In this document: piece after piece, positions 24,020-37,299 of the stretch | How positions within the stretch are numbered: the stretch's first letter is position 1 | How the letters are laid out: each line of letters begins with the position of its first letter | DNA from: Lama glama | Lineage: Eukaryota | DNA: 64,000 nt | Direction of reading: 5' to 3' | Assembly: GCA_028534125.1 (NCBI GenBank) | Contig: CM052821.1 | Span: 54,126,001 to 54,190,000, forward strand | The notes under the pieces: model-generated | Told to the model about the DNA's origin: nothing | Databases searched by the model: none | The model's input: only the letters and a program-made list of their open reading frames with translations | Position numbers and translations under genes: made by a program

Positions 24020-27000
24020 GTCATGAAAACATTTTAAAAAGTTGTAGTAAACTTTATCAGTATTTTGTTTTGCAGTGTTTGGATTTTTCCATCTTAGCTA
24101 GAGACCAAGTTTAGAAAGCAAGTTGCTTATGTTTTTATTTTAGTATCTATGGTTTCACTTCTTTAATTTTTGATCCCTTTGGAATTCATCCTGGTCTTTA
24201 TGGTGTCTGTGGAGTCATGTTATTCCATACAGCTACACATTTGTTCCAATACCACTTATTGAAAATTCCATCTATTTTTCATACTGACTTAAGGAGCTAC
24301 CCTAATCATGCACTAAAATATCATATATACACCCACACACACACATACACACTTGGGTCTGTTTTTTTTTTTGCTTCCTATTCTGTTCCTTAAATCTGCC
24401 TATATATTCGTGAGCTGTGGCCTCACTTTTAGTATCAAGGCTTTACAGTAATATGATAGGATCAGAGTCCCTTCCTGCTTTTCCTGTTCAGAGCTTCCTC
24501 TTCTTGCTTATTTCTTCCTGTGAAATTTAGAAACCATCTTAGGCCATTCTGAGAATGAGAGAATCAGTTGGTCTATTTACTGGGCTGATGTTAAAATGAT
24601 AAGTTAACTTAAAGAATAATGACAGCTTAATAACATTACATCTTCGCGTCCAAAACCATGGGATGCCTCTGTTCTGTCTGTCTTCAGGAGTTGCAAACAT
24701 CTCCTCAAACGGGCGTTGAATATTTTTACGTTCATTTTGAGGCATTCCATCCTTCTGCAGCGATCACAAACGGGGCCGTCTAGAAAGCATCCAGCAGGCT
24801 GCTACGTGTTTCTGTAGACTACTGATGTTTGCATGTTAACATCACACCTGCAGCAACGCCAGGTTCTCAAGTGTCTGCGATACTTTCTCCATCAATTCTC
24901 TTGGGTTTCTACATCATCTCAAATAACAACTGTCTACTCCTTTCCAATTTTTACTTCAATGCTGTTAAAAATAGTTCTCAATTTGTCAGCTTTAAATGAT
25001 ACTCTTTTGAGTCACTGAAAGTCCCAGCTCTACAGACGTGACAATCTGAGAGCTCACCCCTGCCACCTTCTCCCCATCCTTCCCTCTCCGTTCACGTAGA
25101 TGAATCTTATACGTTGGTATTTACTGTAATCTTACACGTGTAATATTTACATTCTGTCCCGAAACCCTTATCCTGTTCCAGTTTTATTCTGTAGTTAAAT
25201 ACACACGATGTGCACCCAGCGTCGGTGCCGAACGTACCCCAATCGTCTAGTGGTTGACCAGGGTTGAGTTTCTAGCAGTGTTTTTGTGAATGGCTCATGG
25301 GAACAGCATTTCCTGAGTTCTTGGCGGATTTAAAATTCTTAGTCTGTCGCCTTTTAACGTGAAGGACAGCCTGGCTGGACTTAAGTCCCAGCTCTCTCGC
25401 CTTTCTTCCCGGTCTTGTCCACGCTGCCCTCCTGGGTTCTGGGGCAGATGTTGCCGTGGAAAAGTAAGATGCCAGCCCAGTTGTTCTTCCTCTAAAATGA
25501 CTTGCTTATTTTCGTCTGGATGCCTACAGGACCCTTTCGTTTCCATTAAAAGTGAGTGACTTGACTGGGCTGTGACCCAGTGATGACCATTCCCCCGGGT
25601 ATAGGCACCAGCTTTCCCTGGGACCTGGTGGGTCCTTTCAGTATGGAAATGAAAGTCTTCTTTTATTTCAGTAAACTTTTCTTAAATTATATTTAAAAAC
25701 ACAGGGAGGCATCACCACAGCATGAAAAGTGGGGCCCATAAAATCAGTCCGAGACGTGCGCGCACGTTGACATGGGACTCACAAAGGTGGTCGAGCAGGA
25801 GGGCCCAGCTCAGCGGTGGAGCACGTGCCTAACATGCACAGGGTCCTGGGCTCCATCCCCAGTACCTCCTCTAAAAATAAAACAGACAAATAAATACTTA
25901 ACTACCTCCTCCCCAAAATAAAAAAAAAAAAAGTTAAAAAAAAATGATCGAGGTGGCTGTAGAGCTGCTGAGACAAGGATTCTGGGGTCCAGCAAGCTTC
26001 AGCCAACAGATGCCAGCGCAGGCTGCAGTTTGGTGGCGCCTGGTTTCAGTGTCACTTCTGGGGGCCTGTGCTGGACCGGGCAGTGGCAGGGCTTCTGAGA
26101 ATCCGCCAGGGCCAGCGCCCGCTTCACTGGCCTGGTCTGGGAAGGCTGGTCTGGGCCAGTACCGGTGGACTCCTGGTTCTGCACGCAGCCTTCCCTCCGG
26201 CCCCTCCTCCGCAGATGTTAACTTCAGTCCACGCTCACGTGAGGCAGCAGGAGCAAACGTCCTAACGCGTTACAGCCACGTTCACGTTGTGGGGGGTTGT
26301 GGGAAAATCTCACTGTGTTTCTCCCTCTCCATCATCCCGGTTTTCTTTCTCAAAGCCTCCAATCATCCATCTGTTGAATCTTCTTTGCTTGCTTGTAGGT
26401 ACACTTCCTAATATTTAATTCTTTCTTTTTGTTTTGTGTACCATTCTCACGCCTGCCTGTGTCCCTTACCAGGTCTTCTGCTGTGCCCAGGTGCCCCGTG
26501 CTCATCCAGTTACGTATTTATTTATGTGACGGTTTTATTATTTTCTCCTGAGAGCTTTCTGCTCACGTTTCTTTCTCTCCAGTACTGGGGCCCGTCAGCC
26601 ACCTTCCCTTAGTCCCTGGGTTTCAGCATCGTGGCGCCTACTTAGCTGGTGATTATTTGATTGATTTCTTTCTTTCAATTCATAGTAACCTACTGGATTT
26701 TTGCAGGTAGTGAGGGTTCTTTATGTGTGGTAGGAATCGCCTCTCTTTCTCGTATGATTCCTTACAGTGAGTCCGTATTGACTCCATTCTTCACATACGG
26801 TGCCTCCGTGGGATTCTGTTTCACTAGCCGCCTTGTCCCCCGACAAGGTCCAGGAGGGCCTGTGGCCCCTTCCCTGCTCCTGAATGCCTCACAGGTCACA
26901 GCTGCGAACGTCTTCAGGAGGGACATTTTTGCTCGTGCTTTCTGACATGTGCCAGCACCAGACACCCCCCTCTTCTGTGTGTTCTTTCTCCACACTCCCT

Positions 27001-27650
27001 CACGTGGCCCCAGCTTTCGCCTGACCCGGCCCCGTTTACCCTAACTGCGGCTCACAGACACTGCCTGCCCTTTGCACTTTCTGAACATGGACTTGTAATC
27101 CTCAGGCAGTATGTGTGGCTGACTCCTTCTGCAGCCTGCAGCCCCTTGGCCCTCGGAAAGGCCTCACCCACACAACTCAGGCGACTGCATTGTGTGTACA
27201 CACACACATCTATATGTACACATATACGTATATAATGTTTTACTTCTTTGCATCTCTGTGCTCTCTCTCTGGTAACATATTTTAAAGCACTAATTATCTT
27301 GGTTCAATGTAATAAGGTTTTTTTTTTTTTAGCCAATCATGGTGTTTTTTATTACCAGATTTTCAAGTAATTTTTATCCATCTGATGAATGTTTTATTTT
27401 CATGTTTCTTTTTGCTTCATTATGCCTTATTTATTTCAAGTGCATGTTATTCCTTTATTTTTAACTTCCTGGAGTATCTGAAACATACACATTTCAAAGC
27501 CGTTGTTATGAGCCTCCCACAAAGTTAGCTTCATCCTGAGGAAATCTGTCCCCAGGGCTGGTTTTACTGAGTGTCCTTCTTAGCATCTCATTGTGTCACG
27601 TGTTTTAGGATTCTGTCTGCAGACGCATACGGAGCACCACTTCTTCTCTG
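24020..27650 (-). mobile_element. Highly degraded antisense L1 fragments
   Basis: T-rich + strand with L1-like motifs (ttgttccaataccacttattgaaaa; tttcttaaattatattt). Boundaries are approximate. Confidence 0.5.
25796..25940 (+). mobile_element. Vic-1-like SINE
   Basis: tRNA-like head, ccccagtacctcctctaaaaataaa, and A tail. TSD-like tg(g/a)tcgag on both sides. Confidence 0.82.
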
Positions 27651-28059
27651 TTTATTTTAGGTTTCCTTCCCTCTCCCTACGGCTTGCCCTCCCCTACAGC
27701 AAGTTTGCAAGCGCGGGGGCCTCTCCCCGCCCAGGTGTGGCCCCAGGCACAGGCTGGCCTCCCTGCTCCTCTCCTGCTGGAGCTTTCAGGACCCACTGCC
27801 CCTCAGGAGCTGCCCTCTCTCCTGGTCACCTTTGTCAGATTCTGAAGATGGAGGCCACGGCCTGGGGCACGGGTCCTTCTCACTGCTTGCGTTTCTAGGA
27901 CACGGTGATGCTCAGCTGCATCTTACCGCTGTCTCTCCGTGCACTTATCTGTCATTGCTGTGGGTCCGCAGCAGGGAGGTCCAGTCCAAGTGCCACCCCG
28001 GGGGCGGGGGAGGGCTGCTCTGATGGATTTCAGGAAGGGAGGGGTGACCAATAAAAAAA

Positions 28060-28518
28060 AGTCGAGGAAATCGTGCCATTTTTGACGATATGGATGAAAC
28101 TTGAGGGCATTATGCTAAGTGAAATAAGTCAGAGAAAGATAAATACCCTATGATCTCACTTATGTATGGAATCTAAAAAAGAATGAACTCATAGCAACAG
28201 AGAACAGATTGGTGGTTGGCAGTGGCAGGGGGTGGGGTGTGGGGGAAATGGGTGAAGGTGGTCAAAAGATACAAATTTCCAGTTATACGCTAAACAAGTA
28301 CTGTGCAGCATTGTGACTAGGGTTAACAATTCTGTATTGTAAATTTAAAAAGTGCTCATCACACAAAAAATAACCACGTGAAGTGATGGCTGCGTTCACT
28401 ACAATTACTGTGGCATTTTGCAACATACACATGTATCTAATCATTACGCTGTACATCTTAAACTTACATAGTGTTATATGCCAATTATATCTCAATAAAG
28501 CTGGAAAAATTTTTTAAA
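28060..28518 (+). mobile_element. L1 3' end fragment (L1MA-like)
   Basis: gcattatgctaagtgaaataagtcag ... tgccaattatatctcaataaagctgg + A tail. Confidence 0.85.
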
Positions 28519-31278
28519 CAAGAAGTGGAGGGGACTTGGTTATTTCTGAATTTTAGGAAGATCCTTCTAGCTGCAGGGGGCGCAGACAGGGAGGAACCCG
28601 TGTCGGGGCTGGGAGCCCAGGGACAGCCAGGGTGGGGCTGGGGCAGCAGGGACGGCGTGCAGGGAAGGAGCATCTGGGTGCACGGGTCTCGCCCCGAGAG
28701 GAGGCCGCGGCAAGGGTGGTGTCAGGGCTTGAACAGGGCTGAACTCCTGTGCCGGCCGCCCCTCTGCGGGGCACAGGTTAACCTGAGGGTAATCACCTTG
28801 GTCAGATGCTGCCCGAGGCCAGGACAGTGAGCAGCACAGAAGAGGCCAGGCTCTGTCCTAAAGAGGGCGGGGGGTTTGGGACAGAAGGGAGCCTCCAGGG
28901 CCCGGGCCAGGAGCCTGCGACGTGTCTGGACTTAGTGCTCAGCCCGGCGACCAGGTACCCGGCTGGCCTCTCTGAGCCCGTCCACTCGTCTGTGAGCTGA
29001 ACGCTGGCCTTCCCGCCGCGCCCACCTTGCAGAGCTGCCGCGAGGCCACGAGAGAGGGGAGAACGCACAGTGAGCGCGGAAGGCTCGCTCGGCAGAGAAG
29101 TGTGCTTCCTGCCCCGTGTCCCTCCGACGTCTTGGGCGGGCACTGTCCCATCGTGTGGCTGAGCCCAGCTCCCTGCTCATCTCACAGGCGGCCGTGAGCT
29201 CAGAAGATGCTGAATGTGTGCAGGGTGTGTGGGCACCAGGACCTCGCCAGCCACTGCCCCAGAAGCCACCGTTACAACCCAGCCCTACAAACACTAGCTA
29301 ACATCTCTTTACCAAAATCGAAGCCCCAGCCCGTGACCCCTGAGCTTCCGACTGGCTCATCTGGGGAACTTCCTGGGACAGCTGCTGCTGTGGCCTCAAG
29401 TGCTTTGACATAGATTCTTCACGAACGGGTCCAAAGGCTGCCACAAGAAGTCGCGTCTGTGCCGCCCGACTGCTCCTGGCCCTCTTCTAAAAGCAACTTT
29501 AAGAAGGCCTTTTACAGCAGGACATGTTATAATTGCAAGTTCTATTTAAGTCATTACACGTATTTACGCTAATTATGTAGTTAGATGCAATTATACTAAT
29601 TGTATAAATGCACAATAATTGACTAAGATACACTTCGAAAGAACAAAGAGAATCCACCCAGAAACCCTTCCTGAATGTCAAGGGTGCGGCAAGCCCCGTG
29701 AGAGGACGGCAGGGTGCTCGTGGGCGCTTGAGCAGCGAGCTGGCCCCAGGCCCCACCATGCACACAGTAGGTGCTCATACGTTGCCACTGAATGGAACCA
29801 ACGGTCTCTCTTGAGACAAAATTGGGCCTGGGGCCACAGAGGAGACGGGTTCCATTTCAGCCTCAGTGAGTGGGTGACTCTACAAATTCCCAGCGGGCTT
29901 TTAGGACCTATCAAAGGACGTTAATAACCAAGTCATTACCCAAGGAATTAAGTTCCATCTTGGCAGCCCACATGCAGGTCTTCCAGGGTCAGGCTCCGAC
30001 GTCACTCTTTAACCCCGTGTCTAGAAATTCTCACACACACACACGCTACCCGAGATCCAAACAGACCAGACAGGCCAGCTGACCTTCTGGGGTGTGCGGA
30101 GTCCTTTTTCTCTTCCATGCGACGCCCGGGTGGTACCCTCCACCGGCCCTGCCATCACCCCGCCTCTTGTCCTTCTGCTGGACACCCTACCCGTCCCTCT
30201 GGTCCCTGTAATCATGCCTCTCCTCTGTAAAGCCTTGCGCGGTCCTTCCAGATAGAAACACAGCTCGCTCTCTCTGCCTGGATCTCCCACAGCTCAGAAT
30301 TTGTAATTCTCTGATGACACCTGACTTTTTTTTAACCCAAATTCAAAGTCCTAGTGGCCATGCCTGTGTGTGCCAGTAGCTGTGGGCTTCCCTAGGGCCA
30401 GGACTGACCACATCAGCCCCATCTCCGTGTCCCCATCCTCAGCACAGAGCCTGGCATGGAGCAAAAGCATGCTGGATGGATGAATGGATGAATGATTTTT
30501 CTGGACAGCAGCACTTTGATAGAATTCTAAGGAGCTGGAGGAGCCCAGAGGGACCTCTTCTGCCTGCTGGGGGTGGGTGGTCAGGGAAGGCTGCCTGGAG
30601 GAGATGATTCCTGAAGGGAATCTTGCAAGATAAACAAGGGTTTGGTAGGGAGAGAAAAGGGGGCTAGGCAGGGGCAATCAGATGGAAAAAGGCCCAGAGG
30701 GGGTTGATTTTGGCCCCGGGTGGCTGAGCATAAACGCAGGAATATGAGGGTGTCACTTGCTGTGAACAAAAGTTCAACAAACAGCTTACTTTTAAGGCAT
30801 TCGGGGTCCTGCTGTGCTGCCTTCAGAAGGGGGGCACGGGTGGGCAGAGAGAGGAGCAGGGCTGCTTTGGGACCACAGCACTGTCCCACGGACGGAGGGT
30901 CCTGAGGACAGGGATGGTGGTAACAGCAGGGCTGGGCCCTCTCCCCGCAGACACTGACTCAGGGAGACCTCCCAACAACGCGGCCAGGAAGGCAGACAGA
31001 CTTACCCCTCCACCTCATAGATGAGGAAATAGACCCCGTCTGCCGCCCCGCCCCCCAGTCTCACCACTGGCAGCAGGCAGCTCGAGGATGCAAAACCCAG
31101 GCAGTCTGGTCTAGAATCTGTGCTGACGCCGCCCCCCACGGCTGCTCAGCAAGCAAACGGAGCGCCCAGGGCCCCGGGCGGCTGCGCCCCGGGCTTGTCG
31201 CGCGATCCCAGAGTGAGGCCCGTCCCCACCCCCTGCGCAGCCATGTCCTACGGCGGCCCCCAGCCCGCAGCCACCCAC

Positions 31279-31419
31279 CTCGGGGTTCTCCTGGCTCGGG
31301 GGCCGGTCCTCCTTCTTCTTTTTGGTGGCCTGAGCTCCCTGAGATGGCTCCTCCGTGGGCGGCCGCGACTCTGCTGTGCTCTCGGGCTGCGTCTGCACTT
31401 GAGGCTGAATGATGATGAC
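31279..31419 (-). CDS. PHF21B: PHF21B coding exon (VIIIQPQVQTQPES...KKKKEDRPPSQENPE)
   Basis: 141 nt. TTCCAG acceptor at 31420-31425 and GTGGG donor. Overlaps ORF 31111..31398. Phase 0-0. Confidence 0.93.
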
Positions 31420-32859
31420 CTGGAAGACGAGGCGGAGGGTGAGGGGGACGGGGCTGGAGGGCCCAGGGCGGGCGGGGCTGGGTGTGTCTGCCCCCAGAAG
31501 GGTGCGGGAGCTAGGATGGTGGTGGGATCCCAGAGGCAGGAGGAGGCCTGCACCCCCCCTCTAGTCCGGGGGTGCTCACTCTGAGGGGCTTTGGCGATCC
31601 TGGGGGCATGGAGAAGGGCGAGGGGAGTCAGGCCCACTCAGCACGGCGGAGAGCAGCCCTCCCCGGCAGTCCTCGCGGCGCCCACGCAGCGTTTGGTTGG
31701 ACTGAAACGCCTGCAGCTGAGAAGTCAAAGATTGACTTCTGCTGGCTGGCCGCTCCCTGGGCCGGAATCTCCCCCTTGTGTGAATCAATTATTTATTTGG
31801 GGGGCAATGAATTGGGAAAGCATTGCTATCTTTTTCATGGACCTGGGCAAAAGAATTCACCAGGAGCAGCCCTGGGTCTGGCTTCAGCCAGGAGTAGCTT
31901 GTTTTTTCGCCCTAAGAACATGTAGCGACTTGTGAAGGTGAAACTCCTCAGCGGTCACAGGAAATGCACCCCATTTCTCTGCCGGCTGAGGGGGAAGTAC
32001 TTTGTTCATCTTTGAATCATAATTTTGAAACCCCAGAATTCTCTGGGTGGAAAAAAATGTTCTCTTTTTATATTTACAGAAAGAAAACATTAAGATCCCC
32101 AACAGAAAAAAAGGGGGAAGAATATCCTAAAATGAGTCACACAGGAGACAGGATTCTTGAAAAGTGCTGGGAAACCTTCGAGCTCAATACTAACCAATTC
32201 AGCTTTCAACAACCAGCATCTGTTTGCATGGACTGAATGAGCAAAAAACCTTTCAAAATGACCACCCCGAATGCTAGTGAGGGTGCAGTGAAGCAGGCAC
32301 ACTCATCCCGCAGGCGTCTGCTAAGCGCCCGCTCTGGACCCGGTGCTGCTGACTGGCCCTCTGCTCCTCCCGGGACCTCGCCATGTGACCCTGGCCGGCG
32401 GTAACTCCTTCAGCGTGGAGAACCCCTGGGGACGCTGCCCACGAGTGGGAGCACAAAAGCATACTCCCAGAAATACACTGAGCGCAATACATGTGGCTGC
32501 GTGAAAGCAGCTGACACTCAGGCTAGCAGGTGGAAGGGACACCGGCCGTGAGCAAGAGTGGGACAGCCTGGTGGACCCTGAACTGAGAGTAGAGAAAGAA
32601 AGACCAAAGAGAGGAGATGGCATCGCCCACGCGGCGCCAGAAGCCTCACACAGCCACCAAGGCGCTCGGAGGAAAGCAGGAAGGGTCTCAGCTCTAAATC
32701 TCGGCAAGAAATCACTGATTTTTCCATTCAGGCACCGGGGGTCCAAAAAAGTCCTGGCTGACATCCCTCCATCAGCGGGGACCAGGCTTCAGTACTGGGG
32801 CCTCGTCCAGGCACCCGCTTGGCCACACACGTTATTAGTTAATTCACCATCCCAAAGAT

Positions 32860-33140
32860 AATTCATTCACCGACCAATCATTCTTCTTCCACGGGCATTA
32901 ATTCATTCAGCTGCACATTCTGCCCATCACACGCTCATTCGCTTGTACCCCCGTCACTCCCACACCGGTTCATTCCCCTGCTCACTCATTCAGTCGTTCA
33001 CTGTCCCCTCCATTCATTCATTCATGCACTGGTCCTTTCACTAGTTGCTCATTCACACTCCATTTATTTGCTCATCTGTTCACACTCCATTCATTCATTT
33101 GACCACCTGATGGTTCTGCCACCCGGTCATTCATTCTGCC
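32860..33140. repeat. Degenerate (TTCA)n-rich low-complexity tract (possibly L2 tail-derived)
   Basis: Many cattcattca-like units immediately downstream (minus strand) of the 351-nt exon. Confidence 0.7.
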
Positions 33141-33203
33141 CGGGGCCTCATTCCTCTGGTCCTTCCCGGGCCAGTGCCTCCCATGGGTGTGGGCGCCCCT
33201 CAC

Positions 33204-33554
33204 CTTGTTGTCGGCACTGATGAGGAGGGGCTGGACTTTGATGCTGTCGCTGACCACGGACACGGCGGTGCTGGGGGCCATGGCGGCGGCATTGCTGGGG
33301 GCGGTGGAGATGATGGCGTAGGCCACACCGGCGCTGCTCAGTGGGGAGGTGATGGCAGCGGCCTCGGCCAGGGCCTGGGGCTGGCTGCTGGGCGTTGGCA
33401 CATGGCTCACGGTGTTGTTGGCAGTGGGGAGGGCTGGGCTGGGGTTCTTGATGCTGACCACGGTGGCCTTCTGGAATGTTGGGGGCTGCTTGGGGGGCCG
33501 GTCCCGGCCTGGGGTGACGGGGAGGCTGTCTGGAATCAGAGTCTTTGGCCTAAC
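33204..33554 (-). CDS. PHF21B: PHF21B coding exon ([12 protein letters not shown]...[10 protein letters not shown]), Pro/Ala/Ser-rich region
   Basis: 351 nt inside ORF 33072..33611. CAG acceptor and GTGAG donor. The peptide is recognisable as PHF21B. Confidence 0.96.
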
Positions 33555-36302
33555 CTGGAGAGGGAGGGACAGTTGCGTGGTCAGATAGACGCACAAACAG
33601 GGTGATGACATGCAGCCCCGAGCAGAGCCAGGACTCAGGAAGAATCCAGAGCACAGGCTTGGACACGACCTGGCTCAGACACCCCCATGTTCGAGGAGAG
33701 GGGACGGCAGTTGCGAGGCCGTGGTGCCACCAAGGTTGCCCGGGTCCCGGACTGGCACCGACCGGCCTGGGGGCTCTGGTCTCCAGTAACCTGAGTGGAG
33801 GGAGAGGTCTAAGGTGGTTTCCGCAGGGCTCCGTGACCTCAGGAGGTCCCCTCAGTCAGGCGGGCACCTTGTCTGTAAGTTCCCTGCAGGGCTGGTCTTT
33901 ATTCAGGTGGCCTTTCCTCCTCCACCACGGCGGGCCCTCAGCACAGCAGGCCTGCCTTCTAAGCACAGAACCGACATCCCCACCACCAGAGGACGCGCAG
34001 AGGCCGGGGTGAAGGCCTCATGCCTGCCCTGGGGGTGGCCAGCCTGGGGTCGGACAAGCCTGTCCCGCTCTGACCTTGACACAAGTGGTCAGGGCCTCTG
34101 ATCCCCAGACACCAGGCTCGGAGCTGGACACAGACATTGATACCGAAAGTGGAAAACAGAAAGAATTCCTCTGGTCCTCACCAGGCCGTGGCTGCAGACG
34201 GTCACCAGCTTGGGGACTGCTCTGCTCTGGACCAGAGTGGGGCAGGTGGGGTGGGTGGTGGTCAGCGAGGACCCCAGCTGTGATCCCGGCTCACATCCCA
34301 GGGAGCCAGCCTGCACTCTGTCAGCCCCTCCCCATCATTCAAGGTTTGCCCACGTGTTCTGGTTCACACTGGCCAGCCAACAGTACACCATCCGGACTCT
34401 CAATGTGGGTCAGCTGGCCCCAGGCCACCGGGGCCAGACTCTGAACATAAGCTTAGCCAGAGGCTCAAGATTTGGCTCAAACATGTGGGCCTTCAACCCA
34501 GAGAAACACTTTCGAGAGACCCCAGAGCTCATGACCTTTTGCTGGTGCTACCTGGCCCCAGGCCCGGTCCTCCTCCCAAAGGAGCCTCCAGGGGTCCTCC
34601 CCGCCCTCCACGCGCCTTCCTTTCTCTGGGTCTGGGGTCGGGCCCCATGCAGGCTGCCTCTCCTGCTCCCCACGTGGCTTCTGGCAACAGCAGCGGCCAG
34701 CAGCCAAGCTGGTGGGCACCTTTTGGCCTGAGCTGACCCACCTGGAGGCCACCGAGTCAATGGCAGGTCCAGACGTGTGTTGGGAGGACGCAAGGGCAAC
34801 ACATGCGATCAAAGTCCCAGAGCAGCAAGGGGAGAGGAAGGCTCAGGAAAGGTGCAGAGGCCGAGCTGAGTGGCTACGTGAAGATGGCTCATGCCTGCGT
34901 ATTTTGTGTTAAGCTGTGCGCGTGCGTGTGCGGCATGTGTGTGCGCGTGTGTGTTTGCAGTGCACACGCTGGCGTGGAGGGAGGGGCGGGCCTTGGACTT
35001 TCACAGCTGAGGGGGGCACATGAGAGTGACAGCTCCTAGGGACACAGCACTGACCTTGGTCAGAAGCCTCTCCCTGGAGGCCCAGTCCTGACTGTCCCTT
35101 GCCCAAACACCTTCCATAGCTCCCCATTGCCAGCAAGTCACTGACAACCAAAGCTCAACTCCATGACTCAACATGGGAGGCCCCCAAAGGCCCACGTCTC
35201 CACCTCTGTGCCTGCTCCCGCCTCCCCCTCCAGTGCTGCGAGGCCCGCGGTTCCAGCCTCCCACTGCCATCTGCCTGCAGTTCTCACCGGGATGCCCGTT
35301 CCCTGGGGCCTGCCTCCACCTTGGACTGCCAAGACTGTCCACCCTCAGAGGCCTGCTTCAAGCACCACCTCCTCCAGGAAGGCCTCCCTGACCCCCAAGT
35401 AGGCATGGGCCTCTGCAGGGCTCTCAGAGCTCCTGGGAATCCTTCTGACTCAGCCCAGTCACTCTGGGTTCGTCTGATTCCTCATCTGCCCCCTCCTGGA
35501 ATCTGAGCCTCTTAGGGGCAGGACCTGTCAAGTTCAACCCAGGCAGGCCCTCAGCGAGTGAGGCTGCTGTGAGGACAAGAGGGCCAGGGCAGCCCCTCCC
35601 TGTCCCCGAGTTGGGGGCCTCTGCCCAGCCCTGTGGCCCCAGGACAGGCAGGAGCCGTGGTCACCTGTGCAGCTGGCAGCCCCCGGCAGCTCAGCAGCAG
35701 GTGCCCCACGGAGCTGAGCACCGGGTGGTAACCCTCGGGCTTCTGCTCCGCGCCGGGCGCCACAGTAAAGGCTTTGTGCCGCCCAGTTCTGTCCTCACGG
35801 CCCCCAGGAGGCACCAGCATCCCCCCCCCATTGGCAGACAGGCCGACTTGGCCAGGAAGGTTAACAGGCCAGGCGACTTGTCCGAAGTGCGGAGCCCAGT
35901 CAGGGGGCCCCGGCCCAGCGTCTGTGCCGTCTCCCAGAGGGCACCGCTTGTGACCCACACTCAGAAGTCTTCATGACACGTGACCCAGTCCAGGAACAAA
36001 CTGCTCACGAAACAATGCTTATGGTGTCTCTTGGTATTTTCTCTTCTGTTCTAGTCCAGCCTGGCTTATGTCATTAAAAAGAATTCCGGTCATAACTCAC
36101 TAAATCGACTCCACAGCTCCTCCCGGTGTGGAAACCGTGTGTGGTGCAAATGTCTCCTCTGAAGGATGGGCAAAAGAGACGGGGGGGGGGGGACTCCCAC
36201 GTGGGTCACGCCCAGCTCAGTGCCCACCTAAAACCTCAGTGCTGAGGGGCCGCGGATGGACAGACAGACAGACACCCCGGGGCCTGCCCGTGGGTGGCTT
36301 AC

Positions 36303-36395
36303 CTGAGGTAGCACTGCCGCTCCTTGCCCGGCCAACCTCTGCAAGGAGCTGACCTGAGGACCCGTGACAGGCACTGCAGTGATGGTTCCCAAAGC
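36303..36395 (-). CDS. PHF21B: PHF21B coding exon, first in window ([31 protein letters not shown]), phase 0-0
   Basis: 93 nt. AG acceptor at 36396-36397 and GTAAG donor at 36298-36302. The peptide matches the recalled human PHF21B N-terminal region. Not in the ORF track. Confidence 0.93.
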
Positions 36396-37299
36396 CTGGA
36401 AGACAGAGGAGGGCAGTGCTGAGATGGGACATGACGCTGGGGTGCACGTGACCCTGCCCAGCCTGGAAACAGTGAGCTCTGCTCTCTCTCTGAATTACAA
36501 GTTGTTCAGTCACAAAAGTAACATGTATCATGCAGGAACTTCTGGAAACCAGAGAAAGAACAGCATCCCAGAGAACAATCACCCTTTGTCCCACGTTAGC
36601 TGCCTTGTACGTACATTTCCTGTGTAGCTGCACAGAGAATTCTGTAACCGGTTTTTCCATTTTTTTACTTAAACACATGTAAGATTTCCCGATGTGGCTA
36701 CACTCTTCATAAATCACTCCTTTATCGTCTTTCATTCAGCAGATGTCATGGTATTTCCTCAACCAATCCCCTCCTCTTAAAAAAACTTGGTTTTTTCCCC
36801 ATCCTTTTTTGATTAATAACCAGTGCTTGCAGCGCACATCTCTGTGATTGATGCCGTTGCCACATCACAGAGAATTTCTGCAAGGGTCTGAAAACAGGGG
36901 TCAGTGGGTGGGAATTTCAGGAGGCAGGACTATGTGGGGCCCCTGATACAAGTCCCCACCAGGCTACTCAGGAGGCGTGACGACCAGGGCTCACTCTGAC
37001 GCAGACACAGACCTCAGCCTCCCAGTCAGGGCTCTCTCCGCGCATGACCGGGCGGCCACAGCAGCAGCAGGGCGGGCACTTAGGGTAGGGAGACGGGCGG
37101 TGACACCCTCCCTGGGGCCCCAGGCCCACACAGGTGCAGAGGCTGTGTTTCGGGGTGCCTGTCTACCTCAGGTCCCCTTTCTGGGAATCACCACAGTTCC
37201 ACGCAGCTGCCGTGGTACCCACAGGCCTGCCTGATGGAGAGAGGCGCTCTCACTCGGAGCCAGCCAAGCCACCAGTGGCCAGTGACCAGGGAGGTTCTC

